A stretch of DNA of 63,702 bases, filler included, from Choristocarpus tenellus KU-1152 (GCA_964200185.2; 9 parts of 9 records of this genome joined end to end with filler, not necessarily neighbours in it); one strand, 5' to 3'; positions 11,501-25,428 are shown, counted from the first letter of the whole stretch. A program made the numbers and translations. Notes: generated from the sequence alone by a model not told the origin.

Positions 11501-14500
11501 GCATGAGATGTACCCAGCTAAGACTAGAGATCGAGGGAATGCACTTTGTAGCCGATGCTAAATGCTGGGAGTTTGTAGCGTGTGGGAGGACAGGGTGCAG
11601 CATTCATGCATTCCTCTCTTTAACGTGAATATATGCCTCCTAACCAAGTATGGTATTATCAAAAAATTTAAGTGTAGAGAGCAACAAGTTGAGAGTTGTG
11701 GGATGTGGTTAAAAGAGTCATATTTACACTAAAGAATAACCCTTATGTTGCAACTATACCAACCGAACCACTGGTCGGACATATTTTGCACCGACGCTCC
11801 CTACCACCTCCTTTCAACATTCCTCATCCAAATTATTGGATGCATTTTCTATGAATATATGTTGGAGGAATCCCCTGAAATATTTCTTGTTCTGGCCATT
11901 GTAAAAATCTAAACAGAGTGTGCTCATCTCCTGTGATACTCCCCCTGTTCTCTTCTGAGTTGTCAGGTATCCAGAGTCTGGCAATTGGCAGGGAGACTAC
12001 AAGGAAGTTCGCCTGTTGCCTGAGGCTGTGGGGGAAGTTCTCACGCAGTATGGCCTTGTCATTACTAAACATGTGAGATGGACTCCTAATCTTGGTCCAA
12101 CAATGCAAGTAGTCACCTCTCCTTGATATTGTTCCACAATATGGGGAATTATGTGAATATATGGTTCAAAGCACACGGGAAAAGGGCGTTTTGAGGAGGC
12201 AGGAAACTATCAGTTGTGGTAATTACCTCTGCAAAGGGTGTGGACATTTTTTTTTTAACTTAATCATCCTGTGGTAATGTGAGTATCACTTGCACTTTGT
12301 ACTTTGCGTTTCTTGTTTTTGTGGGGTTTTTTTGTAGATGAACGTGTGGTTTCACATATAGGAACTTCTTGGACGCTCCCCCCATACACGAGTTTTCTTC
12401 CAGAAGAGAATGTGTTACTGGCCGTGTTCTCGTCTTCCCTTGTCTTACAGACTCTTGGGATGGCATATAGAGAGCGTACACCTGGCAAGAGGGAACAAAG
12501 ATGGACATGCGTCCATTGTAGATGAACCTGAATGGATTGTGGCTGCAGGTAGCTGTCACATCGCTCCTCTCTAACTACAAACCAACAATGACCCTAGTCA
12601 CCTGTGAACTTCCGGCAGGGTTGTCCGTCAAAGATTGGAAAGCGTTTCCCACAGCTGCAAAATGGCGTTGTGGTGGAATCAAGCCCTCGTTATTTGTTCC
12701 ACCCAATGGTACCATACCGTATGAAAATGGTCATGCCCCTGGCCAAGATGGTAGTGGTTTTGAGGGATCCAGTAGAGAGGTAGGTGCCATCGCCAACGAA
12801 AAGTAGGAGCCCAGACACGGAGACAGGCAATCTCATGCATAAAGTATATTTGTCGGCCCATGTTGCCTTTAATATATACTACATGGTCTGCAGTGTAGAA
12901 ATGTAACTCTGCCATTGGTTTTGGCTCCCCTCACCATAGGTGTTTTTGGTTCATACTTGAACATGTGAGGAAGTGAAGGAGACTGATCAACTACCAATGC
13001 TGTGCAATATATATTCTGGAATTCTACCACATACTCCTCCATAGACACCAGCAACCTTCATCATACTACTGTTAGTCAGAAACATTACCCTAAAGGCGAT
13101 CCCTAACCCTATGTTTCAAGCCCATAATACCATTGTCAAAATATCACACAGCCCTTGTCTCTGCTATTTGTGCTGGCGATGTGCTCACACATGCCTTCAT
13201 GAACCTTGCTTTTGGAATGTATTTGTACGCAATATTTTTTCAACATAATTTTTGAAATTTGCAATTATGTAACAATAAAATTTGCACCTACGATTGAGGT
13301 GTGGGGAGCACTCATATTTATTATAGTAGGACAACAAGTGTAGATATCAACATCAACAAACTTGTGAAAAATTTGTTTAGAATTGAAACAATTCTTCCAA
13401 CATTGTCAAAGGAACATACCCACAGCATTTGATATTTGTTGGGTGTATCAGCATATAAGTTCTTCTCAACACCAAAAGTAAAACCTTATTTCCTTGAATA
13501 CGTACAGACAGTTGCATTCCCTTACGCTCTGATCTGCTTAGTGAGGATAGACAACTTGGGCATCCCCCAACGTGTCAACCCCATCATAATTAGAGTATAA
13601 TAGCAAACATTATAATTAGAGTAGCACTACTGTAATAGCAGCAACTCAAGAAATTCTGGTATGACCACAAGTAATAACATGGTTCACTTCAACCATGCAA
13701 ATGTTATGCATTCTGCAGTGTGGGCAGCAGGGGTGTATATCAGGCCCGAAAATATATTGCCCACAGATTTTGATGAGAATCGGAGATTGCCACCCACAAG
13801 ATATGGGGACATGACAGGTAGATGAAACGGTGTAAGGTATGTTGTTGACAGAGTACGCTAAATCCACCGTATCATTGTTCGTCCCTCACAGTCGTGCCAT
13901 ATTCCTAGAAAACTGCTAACCTGTTTGTATTCCTTGTGCACAGGTATTTTTCCCAGTTGAGGATGATATGTTGTTGGAATACAAAGAAAAAAGATCCAAA
14001 ACACCTTTTAGAAAAGGTGACAAAACACTTCCATCATCCGCATTTGATGGCGCAGTACTTGAAGAAGGTGAGGAGTCCCAGCTAATATATTTCACGCATG
14101 TGTATTCTGTGTAGTCAGTCAGTCAGTCTCTAAATCGTATGTATGCCCAGTGTTGACCAAAATTGGACAGGATTCACAGATATGTTGATTCTGTGATCCA
14201 GATCAGTTCAGATCAAGTCACCCAAAATATGATGCCGCAACAGAGTTTCAGCAAGCTAGCTTGAATGAGGCATTTGTGTGTTGTGCGTTGTGTGTGTACT
14301 CTTGCTCTTGAAGATTGGTAGGTTTGAGTCTGAGTTCCTATGCTTAGCCTGCAGTTGTATCCTTCTTTGCCTATCTCTCCAGCAAAATTAATTGTACCTC
14401 CTTTTGGCTTGCCTGTGCACAGCCTTTTAACAATTGCACTGATCCTTTATAGTGATGGTAGTGTCCTCTTGGTCATTGCTTGCTCCTAAAGCCATGTTGA

Positions 14501-17227
14501 GTGTAAATGGAAAGAGTGGAGGGGAGAAGGGGAAGATCGACCTATTCAAGGTTCAGCACAAGGAAACCGTGGGGAGAACATGCTGCATCCGGTACTACAG
14601 TACTAACTGATAGGTTGTGGTGACCCTTGCAACCTCCCTGACTTTGTTGACCTTGACACCACTCCTTCATGCCCACAGTATGCTTCTGTCTCCTGTCCTA
14701 CTTACTTTGTTCTTCTGTTAGATTTTAGAGCTTTTGCCAAGAACATTTCTCATGTTCATGTTCTCTTCTGGAGACTTCGCAAGTTTGCCAACCTGAGGCT
14801 CCAGAATATTGTTTTGATATTAGGTCTACCTAAAATGATGGATTTGTTGTGAAGCAATCATCATACGCAGAGGTATTTTAACAAAGGCTCTTGGAATCCA
14901 GCCCTTGGCATAAGTTTGATATAACTGCACAAATACTGCATCCTCACCCCAACCCAGTCATATCCACCACTACCCACATCACACATGGTATAATGAAATT
15001 TGCTATCATAAACCTACCACTTAGAAAAAATATTAGATGCAGTGAGTTGTGGTTTCCACGCCAAGTGGGTTTGAAGCAGAGAGTCTGAGGAGGTAATCTA
15101 TTTACAGTGACGGGTTTGAACTACCGAAGTAGTAAGCACTTTCATTCAGATGATGGTCACGTCCCAGAATTGCACCAAACTCTGTGACTCTCCCTTTAAC
15201 TGAGCTATCTAGCCTAAAAAGGGTTAGTTTGGCTATATTGGAAATGACTCTACAATTTGTGGAAGTACGTGTGTCATCAAGTACATCAATCATCTTATTT
15301 TTGGAAATAGTGATATTGAGGGGATAGGGGATATATATACATGAGCAACATATGTACACCAATAGGATGTACGCATTAGCCCTGTTGCATTCCTTATTCC
15401 CTGTCAATCTGCTTACTACCGTTTAAGTTGGCATCGCTTGTGAGGTTTTACCCAAAGCATCAAATGCATTTACTTTGTTGTCTTTTTTTTCACAGGCATC
15501 GGAGGCCTACCAATCAGAGGAATGCTGGGGTGAAGGGGCTAGAGCTGAGGACCTCTGGAATTGCTATGAGAAGATAGATGTGTACAACCCCCTCCTTAGG
15601 GGACTATATGCTGACCAGCTGGAGCGGTGGCTCAAGGTTTTCGATTACTCTCAGGAATGTACCTTATATACTGAAAAAAAACTAGTAGACTCCACAAACT
15701 GTAGTGAGAAGGATGGGCAGGGCTTCCTGTTCTAGAGGGTGTGCGTTGACTTCCACTGGTATTTTGCTCGATGGCGGGAAAAGTAGGATGTGATTATGGT
15801 AGTTTGGATTTCAAGGAAGGTTAGGGTTACTTATCCTCAGCTTTGGTTAGTAATACAGTGACATTAATCACCAACTTGTGCACTTCTGAGTGCTTGGCGA
15901 ATTAAAGCAAGTGAGAGTTTACCATGTGCATGAGGGAGCTCTCCTTGAGCAATACTTCATTGAATCCCTACTTCCTCTTGGTGCTCCTCTTCATGTTGTC
16001 AATTGCCTTCCCTTGTGATAAGGATTGCTTGCACTCACTGGATTAGTTGTTTTCACTCTCTTCTCCTGTGAATGGCAGATACTGATCGTGTCTTCAGAGG
16101 AGATGTATGCCAACTTCACATCCATTTTGGGTGAGGTGGCGGGGTTTGCAGTACTGCCAGGTTATAACTTTGTGTATGACCGGCGTTGTGATTACCGTTC
16201 GTGCTCTGGCAAAAAGTTACACAGAGGTGGCGTGTGAGTTACTGAGGGAGAGGGATGGGAGGTTGTTACTATCCACAACATTCAGAGTTGGCATTTGATT
16301 ATACTGGCATGTATTAGGATGAGGCATTTCAATGCATCCCCCAAAGTATAGGTACCTGCACAAATATTTGATGGATCCTGCCTGAAACTCTCGTATCATG
16401 AAATGGCACACTGGAAACTGGACTTGCACAGCCAAGAGTGGTGTGGTGTATGATGGTGCAAAAGACCACTTTCGATGTTTCATTGAGATTTGCTCTCTTA
16501 CATTGGTCTTTTTGCTGTCAAGAACTGCCCCCCAGTGATACGTTTCTCTCTTGTGTCCTACGTTAACGCACAAACCCTGTTCAATGCTTTCAGAGGGCAA
16601 TGCATTCATAGAGAAAAGGTAAATTGACAATGTTGTCTATTGTGTTGAAGGATTCTACCACGTAAAGCATATACTGCAGCGGTTTGATGTTTTCTGGGCT
16701 GATGTGCAGAAGCGTGTGCTGGATGTGTCCTCAGATCACCATGTGTCTGTTGCATTTTCTCTGTTCATATAGTTTCTGACTTAGACTGTCACCCCAGAGC
16801 ATGTCTCCAAACCATGATGTTTGCACTCAACCTTGTAGTGCTAGATACTACAACAAGTGCAATACAAAGTACAGATCAAGAACAGTCAATGGTACAGTTT
16901 TCAATCCCAACATTGTAATATGTTGAAACCTTATCCTGAATGTAATCAATATTGCATTACAAATTGGCATCCAACCCAGCAAATTGCATCATACATACCG
17001 TGTACTCCTCATTCGCTTCCCTCAGGTTATGAGTAGCAGCAATTTTTTCACAAAGTTTATGCCAAAGCCCAACCACCCCTCTGTATCCCTTCCCACTTCA
17101 TGATCCCCCTTCCTCCAGGTACACAAGTATGAAGGAAAGTGAATCTATGCTGCGGGAGTGGTATTACCCCCACAACAAACGACTGTTTGACTTTCTTGGA
17201 CGCGACTTGGGTTGGAATGACGCATAG
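8517..17227 (+). CDS. Type II membrane sulfotransferase, heparan-sulfate 3-O/N-sulfotransferase-like (multi-exon; middle exons unresolved; may be pseudogenising)
   Basis: Exons: 8517-8843 (TM anchor YVVVAVLTLVIGIMGY); 9619-9768 + 10667-10764 (PAPS-binding IIGAQ|KGGTT..HP..REVDFFD); 13944-14068 (RYFSQ); 15496-15654 (RGLYADQLERWLKVFDYSQ); 16079-16233 (ILIVSSEEMY); 17119-17227 (LREWYYPHNKRLFDFLGRDLGWNDA*). Confidence 0.85.
9506..9731 (+). repeat. Tandem duplication (~113 bp) of exon sequence
   Basis: 9506-9618 and 9619-9731 share TTTGCTGAAGCACTAC...ACCTCCTATGTGATTGAATCAC...ATCCATTACAC...GGCCCTTTGGA. Confidence 0.9.
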
Positions 17228-17353
17228 TCAGGGACTTAGTAGACTGTGAGATTAGTGTGCTCAGTAGTTGAAGGCAGGGGACCAACTGTTGAAGAATCTG
17301 GGGTAGGAGCTCTGAGGCTGAAGGTGTGCTTCCCAGTTCTCTGTGACCAGAAT

Positions 17354-17610
17354 GAGTCAAAGTAAGTGAAAGGTACTAAGAATTGCATTTTAAGGATGCT
17401 GACAAACATGTTCAAAATTTGACTTATTTTACAAATGCATATAGGATGTTTTCCAAGTTCTGTCGAAAGTCTCAAATAATAGAGAGAAGTCAATGCATTC
17501 AAGTAAAAAACTTAGCTCTTCATCCATATAAGTATGGGCGCAGAACATTGAAAAATTGACTTGAAATGCAAACCGGTCAAAGGCTGGGTACCTGTCCCTT
17601 ACTTTGTTTC
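17354..17610. mobile_element. MITE family B (older, diverged)
   Basis: Starts GAGTCAAAGTAAGTGAAAGGTAC and ends GGTACCTGTCCCTTACTTTGTTTC; internal similarity to 23924-24460 and, inverted, to 24901-25165. Confidence 0.7.
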
Positions 17611-19012
17611 GATGCAGATCATCAGGAGTGGGCTGATGAAGGTTTGAGGGGGAAGGGGGGTGGGATAGAGATATTTTGAATATGGACCCTGGTCATATTT
17701 GATGAACAGCTAATACATTTTCTATTTATGCTCCCGTAGTGGGGGGGTGCACATAAATACCCTCCCCCCCACACACGGCACTTCTGACCTGTACCACTCA
17801 GTCCTGCCAATGCCCACTCTAATTAAAAATGTAATTGTGCCAAGAGTGCCAACATCATTACTGATCAATGCACCACCTACTATTTTGAGGGTGCTTGTAT
17901 CTCTCTGCTCACAGACAGTCGAAAAACCCTGAAAGAAATCATAACAAAGGAGTGAACATAAATATTTTATAAATACTTGAAAGATACTGATACTAAGGAG
18001 AATAGAATAGAACTCGTGTCCAACTTGTTTGGCATAAGATAGAAATAAATACAAGAGAAGAAAAATCGCACACGAGAAAGGTTTTTACAATGTAACAAGT
18101 CTGTACTCAGAACGCATATGGCTATCTGGGCTACAACGCTTAATAATGTTGTATTTCACAGTGTTAATTCAGTCTCTTCAGAGAGCACACTACAACACTT
18201 ATCACATTGAATTTAATCAGTGTTTCAGTGTACTGAAACACCTCTTCGTATCGGAAGAATTCGAACTTCTACACAGGGCACTTAACCAGGACCAATGATT
18301 CATTCAATTCAAAGTTTGAACATCAGTCTGACCTCAACGTTGCTGCTGCTCTCGAATTTGCATTTACATATTTACTATTTACACATTGGACTTCTGACGA
18401 ATGAATGCCAAAATACAAGTGGATAGTGTCAGAATATATCACCTCTGCCACTCAAACACCAAACATTCAAGTATGTATTCATATTCAATTTTAATTTTAT
18501 GTAGTCTCCAAAAAAGTGAAATAGAAAATCAATATATCCTATATATTTTGTGTAGTAATTCTAATACTAGTATAGGATACAAGTGTCGTGAGGCAGGGTC
18601 CAATCAGTCGTGGGGGGTGTTCAGAATCACCAGTTGTGTCACGGTAGGGTGCTTCCATCAAACCCAAAGCTCTCTCGGTCATCAAATCTTAGGAAAATTT
18701 TTTATGGGGTCTCAGATCCGACGGATGATATCCCATCTTTGTGAACGTTAAACCGTAAGTGATGTGACGGTCCTCAAACCTTTCTGTGTTTGATGTTGGC
18801 GGGAAAGTCACCAATTACAAAGAAATGTGCGCGCGGATGTGAATTGGACTGAGATCAGCTCCCAAAGGAACCTGTTCGTCACATCACCTCCCCCCCAGTG
18901 TGAACTCCGTCTGTACACGAGAAAAAAAAATGACTGGCCAGCACATCATGGCAGATAGTCCCGTGGGAGAGAAAAAGAACCATCTGGGTTTCCCAAGAAT
19001 GTTCAATGAGTC

Positions 19013-19192
19013 AATTTGGAGGAGTTCCTTGAAGAGTTGTCCTCAACATGGTTGAAACCCCGAAGTGTGGTCATGGTAAAACTTCTTTTAAAATAACAAA
19101 CAGGAATCATTTGGGTATCCCATAAATGTTCATGTAGCCAATTTGGAGGAGTTCCTTGAAGAGTTGTCCTCAACAGGGTTGGAACCCGAAAT
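19013..19192. repeat. ~45-bp direct repeat, two copies
   Basis: AATTTGGAGGAGTTCCTTGAAGAGTTGTCCTCAACA.GGTTG.AACCC at ~19013 and ~19140. Confidence 0.8.
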
Positions 19193-19745
19193 TTCTTCAT
19201 GATGGAAAACAGCTTATTGTACCTTTAACCACCAAAGGGTTATAAAGATAATATCCCAAGAATTTTAGTACCAAAAAGTGCTTGGGTCATTATGTTGACC
19301 AACCTACAATGCTCAGCTAGTGTAAATGTGAATCAAAAACTATTGTTCCCTATTCTTGGTTGCGGGCTGCGCTAGGCCACAACAGATGTCTCAAGAAGAA
19401 CTGCACTGAGGCTAGGGTTTTTAAGGAATTGGATCAGGGATTATCTTTGTGGGTGGAACATTACCTTGAATTATTACCTTGCGTCCCTGAAAGCAAAAGT
19501 TATGTGCGTATGGAACCATCAAAATACCCATTTGAGTGGTGAACAAATATATATACGTATGTGTGTGTGTGTGCACTTGATAAGGAAAAAACGCCAACGA
19601 CTTAGCAGGTAAATCGTCCACAAGTTCGCCTTGAAAAGGATTCAAACCTTAATCTCTACCTCTTTTGATGCAATCGGATGTTGTATCCGGGCAGCAACCC
19701 ACTTTGCGAGTAGTAGATGTAGCCACAGGGACATCACCTTGAGGG

Positions 19746-19851
19746 TCCAAAACTTTTTGGAGTAGGTAAAATGTCATAAAAATCCCCATGGGCAGCCAAG
19801 CTCCAAGCAGACAAACAGGGCAAAACTCGTACCCTCTATGATACTTTCACT
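19746..19851. mobile_element. MITE family A, 3' half only
   Basis: TTTTGGAGTAGGTAAAATGTCAT...GACAAACAGGGCAAAACTCGTACCCTCTATGATACTTTCACT. Confidence 0.8.
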
Positions 19852-20006
19852 TGTGCTTTGGTCAGGAGAAACATCCAGGTTGTGTCGTAATCTGCACATT
19901 TCAACCATCTCTGCACACTGAGGAATTTATTTTTCTTTCAGCCAGACATCACTGGGTCAAAGTATCTGGGGTTGGGGGGGGTGGTTTGCAAGGGGGCGTC
20001 CGTTTC

Positions 20007-20106
20007 NNNNNNNNNNNNNNNNNNNNNNNNNNNNNNNNNNNNNNNNNNNNTTAATTAATTAANNNNNNNNNNNNNNNNNNNNNNNNNNNNNNNNNNNNNN
20101 NNNNNN
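20007..20106. other. Artificial contig linker
   Basis: N44-TTAATTAATTAA-N44, preceded by a family C terminus at 19954. Confidence 0.97.
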
Positions 20107-21511
20107 TTGTTTTTTAAAGGGAGGGTGGGGGGAGGGGAAACCCCCCACCCCCCCCCTCCCCCATATATCTTTTTTTTTTGCAAAGTTTTTGTAGTCAGGC
20201 AAGTCTACCATCCATGGGTCACTCTGAGGCTGGGGAGTGGGGGGAGTGTGATAGAGCATGCATGTCACGAAGGTAGAGTAGGTACATACATACCTTCAAT
20301 GTCTGTCTTGAGTGGGAAAGTTACGAGGTAGAGGTGAACTTCTTGGTGCTGGTGGCCAATTATGTTTTGACTGTAGTCATGTTCAGTTGGACGGACGGAC
20401 GGATGGTGGTCATGGCAACATTTAGATGTGTTGCAGTCCACAGTCATTAAGCGTAGGTAATTCATAATGCTTGATACAAGAATATTAGCCCTGTAGTTTG
20501 TGGAAGAGTTGCAGAAGAGTATTTGGTGATGTCAATGATAAATGCATGATAGTATTATTATTGTTGACTGATTTTTGAATGAGCGAGTAATTACTGCAGG
20601 GTATTAATTCATTTGAAGCAAATGAAACTCAATGTCCTGAGCAAGATGATTCATATGGGGGGAGTGGGATCTGCACATCATACCATACGGACTTCAGTAT
20701 TTTAGTTCAGAGGCTAGTTTTCATTCATGGGTAGTACAGGCTCTACTGATGAAATATTGGCCAGAAAAGTATTCAACAAGCCAATAGATGCCAAACTGGA
20801 TATAATGGACCCTTACCAAAGCTTTTCTATTATTTTGATGCATTTTTACTCAATCTGCCCATTCAAGCAAGCCCTTTGCAATGCATTCGAGATTACAAAC
20901 GATTAGGGCAGTAAATCATAACAGCAGGAGGGTACCTCTGTTGTATGGTTGGGTTGAAGAAAGATTACCATGGACAAGTAGGATGCTATAGAGAAGCAAT
21001 GATATTCGACTTTCGTCAAGCTAAAGCAGTAGATGAGGCAAGGCAAAACTTGAGTGTGTGGGTGGATGGACCAGGTGTTGCATTCTTTCATTTCTTTTCC
21101 TGCTGTTTGGGATTGGGGATGCTGACAACGTTGAGGTTATACAGAGGACGTTCTGTCCCAGTTATTTGGTGCTTTATCTGGAGTGGTACAGTGTACTTCA
21201 CAACATTTATATTTATTCTTTCTTTGTAGATGGCGCGCGCCGCACGATTGCGCGGTCGATGGAAAGATCTGAACCACCCTGATCAAAACCGTGAAACGAC
21301 GAAGAGAAATAGAGCATAAGGTTGTCGTCGCCTCAACCTTCTCGATTCACACGAATCATGCAAAAATAACTACAACAGAGTCTTGATAAAGCGGCCGCTC
21401 AACGTCACCACCGTTTCTTCTCGAGAGAGGGTTCTACTATCTGTATTACGGCACATATAAGCACGGAGGTAAAGGACCTCGAACACAGCGGATTCGCCCA
21501 ACCAGTTCGTC

Positions 21512-23344
21512 ATGAACTCTGCAATCTTTCACTGTGCCCGACCGGGAGACATCCGAGATAATATTCGCTTCGGAGCGAGGGAGGTAAGAGCTGCCGTGGA
21601 AGCGGATGTGACGATACAGGCAGATGACGAGAGGAAGGCAGCCACAGCTCAAGCGACAAGCTATTGGAAGATGCTCGACGACCTTGCTGCCACTGACAGG
21701 GAGGGCTATCAGAAACACATCGACGAGATGGCAAAGCAGGCCATGTCCGAACGGGTGAGACACGCTTCCAACTAATTATTTTCTCCTGGGAGGTGTTTGT
21801 AGTTTCTTTCACATAATTTGCCAGATTTATTGAGGTGACTATGAGTAACCATGCCCTTCGGCACCCCAGACACAAAGGTTATTGCAAGACGTGTCTCAAG
21901 GGACTCAACATGCACGCTCTTCTGTACTATTCCCCACATTGTCTGGGTTCGAAATCTGCGGAGTTTCGCTGGCCAAAAACCAAAGTCATTTGTCCTTCCA
22001 AAAAGTAGACTCTCAAAGTACACAGAAAAGACCTTCACTGTTGTGGAACTTTTACTGTACCAATCGTACGTGTCCTCGACGCATCGGAAATAAGCACGAG
22101 AACAGGTTTTTCATCCCCAAACCAGGATTTTCGGTGAGAGCAACAACTCTTCAGCTTGACAAGGTAGTGACATCTCCTCCCAAGACAGTCTCTACTGGGG
22201 AGAGTGATTCAGACACTGAGAAGGAAGGAACAGAGATATTCCTTAATTTCTGCAGTCACGAATGCGTGTCACCCCCTTCGGATGCGGTGAGTGAGAAAAA
22301 AGTATTTCGTGATTATGATAGACGGAAGATACCGCTCTACTTTGATTGCAGTTGCTTTTTTTATTATTTTAGATGAGCAGTTAGAGTAGGGCTACTACGA
22401 TCCTTGCACATCATTTGCGACATTGTCTCATCCTGGTGGAGGGAAATAGTTCATCTATTTTTTTTCTTTCTAGAGCCGCCCTTGTCCCTAATGAAAAATA
22501 TGCCGAAAATTTACTGAGTTGTCCAAGCAGAGCCACAGTTATCTACCCACCTGCAGCACAGACTCTGATCCATAATTTTGATGCTGACAACATCCATTTT
22601 GCAAGTGTCACCTCCAAGACTGTCTGCAAGGTGTTTCTACCTGCAACATGACCACGTTCCACACAAGCTATTGTGATTCAGTGATGGCCTTACTTATTAA
22701 ATCAAACGACATACTGATCACAAATGAAAATTGGACATGCAAGTACTGCAATTATTTATGAACCATTGATGGAGAGTGCAGTTCATTCATACAGAAGACG
22801 GACCAACCAGCGTCAAGATGCGTGTCACTTCGGCTCTATGCAGTTATACCTGACGAGGATGTATGAAAACACACACAAATCCCCCCATCTCCTAACACAC
22901 ACACACACACACACACACATACACATACACATACACACAATTAAGTAAAAAAATAAAAATAACTGAGACAGGCACAACGGATCTATCTCTACGTCAAAGC
23001 AACAAAACAACTAGATATCAACACTGTTGCCAGATTAAGCCAGACCAGCAGTTTAATTCTTGAACTCAAATTAAAGAACATTCTGCATTGCGTGCACAAA
23101 TAGGAACGCAAGCACCAAATTGCATTGTGTACATTGCCTGCAATTCACATTGCCTGTTCAGTCTGGGATTGAAGTTGACGAAAGGGTTCAGCGCAAGAAC
23201 TTGAGCGGACTACAGGTGCCTATGGCAGTGGGAAAACCGAGGGATCCAAGAATACTACGAGATCAAGGAGCAAAGGCTTTGGATGTTGTGTTCAACCCAT
23301 GGGTTCTGCGATGCACAAAAGACTGCCCCGACTTTCGGAATCAG
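21512..23344 (+). CDS. PIH1-domain protein, PIH1D2-like (5' three exons; 3' part not found)
   Basis: Exons 21512-21754 (YWKMLDDLAATDREGYQKHI), 22095-22286 (FFIPKPGFSV...IFLNFCSHECVSPP) and 23162-23344 (QVPMAVGKPR...LDVVFNPWVL); phase-0 GT-AG junctions; motifs typical of the PIH1 family. Confidence 0.8.
22895..22939. repeat. (CA)n microsatellite
   Basis: Visible CA/CATA tract in an intron. Confidence 0.9.
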
Positions 23345-23923
23345 GTTAGATACAAACAGAGGAAGGGCAGGGTGGTTGATGCAGGAGCTGAAGCTACAAG
23401 TGGTGGTGAGAATCGTTGGATTTTGGCCTGAAGTTGAGTGTTTGGCTGTGACTGATACAATTGAAGAAGGGCATGCATGTTCCAGGGCCCATGAATATTG
23501 TTATGGTTGGGCATACTATTCCAAGGGCTGCAAGTGAGTGCAATATTGACTTTTTTTCCATTAATGGGATGCATTGGAGGTTCTGAGTTTCGTATTTTGG
23601 CCCTATGCAAAACATAACACAGTCCTAGATGTCTAGTCCATCAGGCGATGGACATTTGTTGATCAAGTTCCTTACACAGGAACGGATGAGATCCTAATTC
23701 AGTCACTCAGCTAAGATGTGCCATTATCCATCTGCACATTATTCAATACATGTACAATCTCATCTAACTGCCAGTTCCCCATAAAGTCTTTGTCAAAACC
23801 CCGAAATGACCTCCAGCACTTTTGCACCTGTAAACCCCAAATCCTGAGAGGAGAAGACAACCCACTTCACAATGACCCAAGCCGTGTCGGTTGAAATTGC
23901 ATTCATTACTTAACAGTGGCAGA

Positions 23924-24460
23924 GAGTCAAAGTAGACGAGAGGTACCCAGAGTTGCATCTTAAACATGCTGACAAATATATGTAAAGTTCATCTATTTTT
24001 TTCAAGTGCTTATTGGATACTTCCCAAGTTGCGTCGAAATTTTTTTCAAACAATCGAGAAATCGATGTTCTCAATTCAAGAATAGCACTCCACTCCATCC
24101 ACAGAAGTATGGGTGAACTGCAAAAGATTTTTATAAACTGGCGAGTAAAACTATCTTAGGGTTAGGGTATGAGTTTTTCCCTGTTTGTCCATTTGGGGCT
24201 TGGCTTCCCATGGGTTTTTTATTTCATTTTCCTACTCCAAAAATATTTCGGAGTAGATCAAATGTATACGTTACGAAAAGTTGTGTCCAGAAGAAGGATA
24301 TTGACACTTCCTAACAAACACGATAGTCAAAAATTACATCAAAATCGCAAAGCTGGATTTTGGCTCCCAAATGGACGTGACTCTACCCTCTAAGATACTT
24401 TGGCTCTGGCTTAAAATGCCAAACGGTCAAACTCGAGTACTTCTCGTTTACTCTTGCTTC
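23924..24460. mobile_element. MITE family B carrying a nested family A copy
   Basis: GAGTCAAAGTAGACGAGAGGTAC...GTACTTCTCGTTTACTCTTGCTTC; the family B sequence resumes after the insertion at 24143-24406. Confidence 0.75.
24143..24406. mobile_element. MITE family A (nested; TIR carries TTAGGGTTAGGG)
   Basis: Exact TSD TGGC (24139-24142, 24407-24410). Confidence 0.95.
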
Positions 24461-24900
24461 CACCAGTTCCACCACCTTAAGCATCGTATCCTTGGTATGA
24501 TTTGGACCATACCGTTTCATACATAGTGTAATGTGCACCATTACTGGTCCAGGTAGTTCTGTTACAGTGAGAAGAAATGAGCTATAGACAGCACTTAAAT
24601 TTATCAGGTAGTTACTGCCCTATCACACATTGTGGACTGCCCTTTTTCCTCGGCAACCGCATGTGTAGCAGGATTTGTTGGGATGTATGCCATGCGTAAG
24701 GCTCTGTCTGCATCACATCAAGCTGTGTCTCGGGAAATAGAATATGCAGATCCAGATCGTACGCACTTGTACACCACACAAAGACTTGCGTTAAAAAAAA
24801 AAAAAGTCCTTCCCGATTGAATGCCGAACTTTTTGCTTTGAACTGCCTATCAAATTACTCTTGGCTGGTTGCTGCAACCCTGGATTAGTACGACACTAGG

Positions 24901-25165
24901 CAATTCAAAGTAATCGAGGGGTGTTCATTTTTTTAAAATCTGTTTTTGCGCTATATGCTTGTTTTTTCAATCTCTTGCAATTGACCCATATGCTTTACTG
25001 GATGAAGTGCTAAGTTGGACTTGAGAGGATTGATTTCTCCATTTGTTAAAAAATTTCGACACAATTCGGAAAAAGCTCTGTACGCGCTTGTAAAAAAACA
25101 TGGAGTTTTGCACACAATTGCCGGCATCCTTAAGGTGCAACTCTGGGTACCTCTCGTTTACTTTT
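24901..25165. mobile_element. MITE family B, inverted copy
   Basis: Ends GGTGCAACTCTGGGTACCTCTCGTTTACTTT, close to the reverse complement of the 23924 start. Confidence 0.65.
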
Positions 25166-25428
25166 TTTTTCCTCGACCCAAAGGTTATAAAAAATTCCAT
25201 GTCCAGCATACAACAAAGATCGGAATGTACTTCCCCATCGTTTTCGCCTATCAGTGTTGCATGAGAATTTATCGAGATAAATTTGCTGTAACTTGCAGGC
25301 CAGATGAATGTCAAATCCTATGCTTCCACAACCTGTGTCCTAGTACTTACAGACACCCTAACCAACATTCACAACCAAGACGTGCACTGTGCATAGTGTT
25401 AGTCGTTCACCATGCACCAACTTCTATT

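Noticed and set aside
19200-19500. Possible Tc1/mariner remnant (VIIQGNVPP)
   Set aside because: A single degenerate motif is insufficient.
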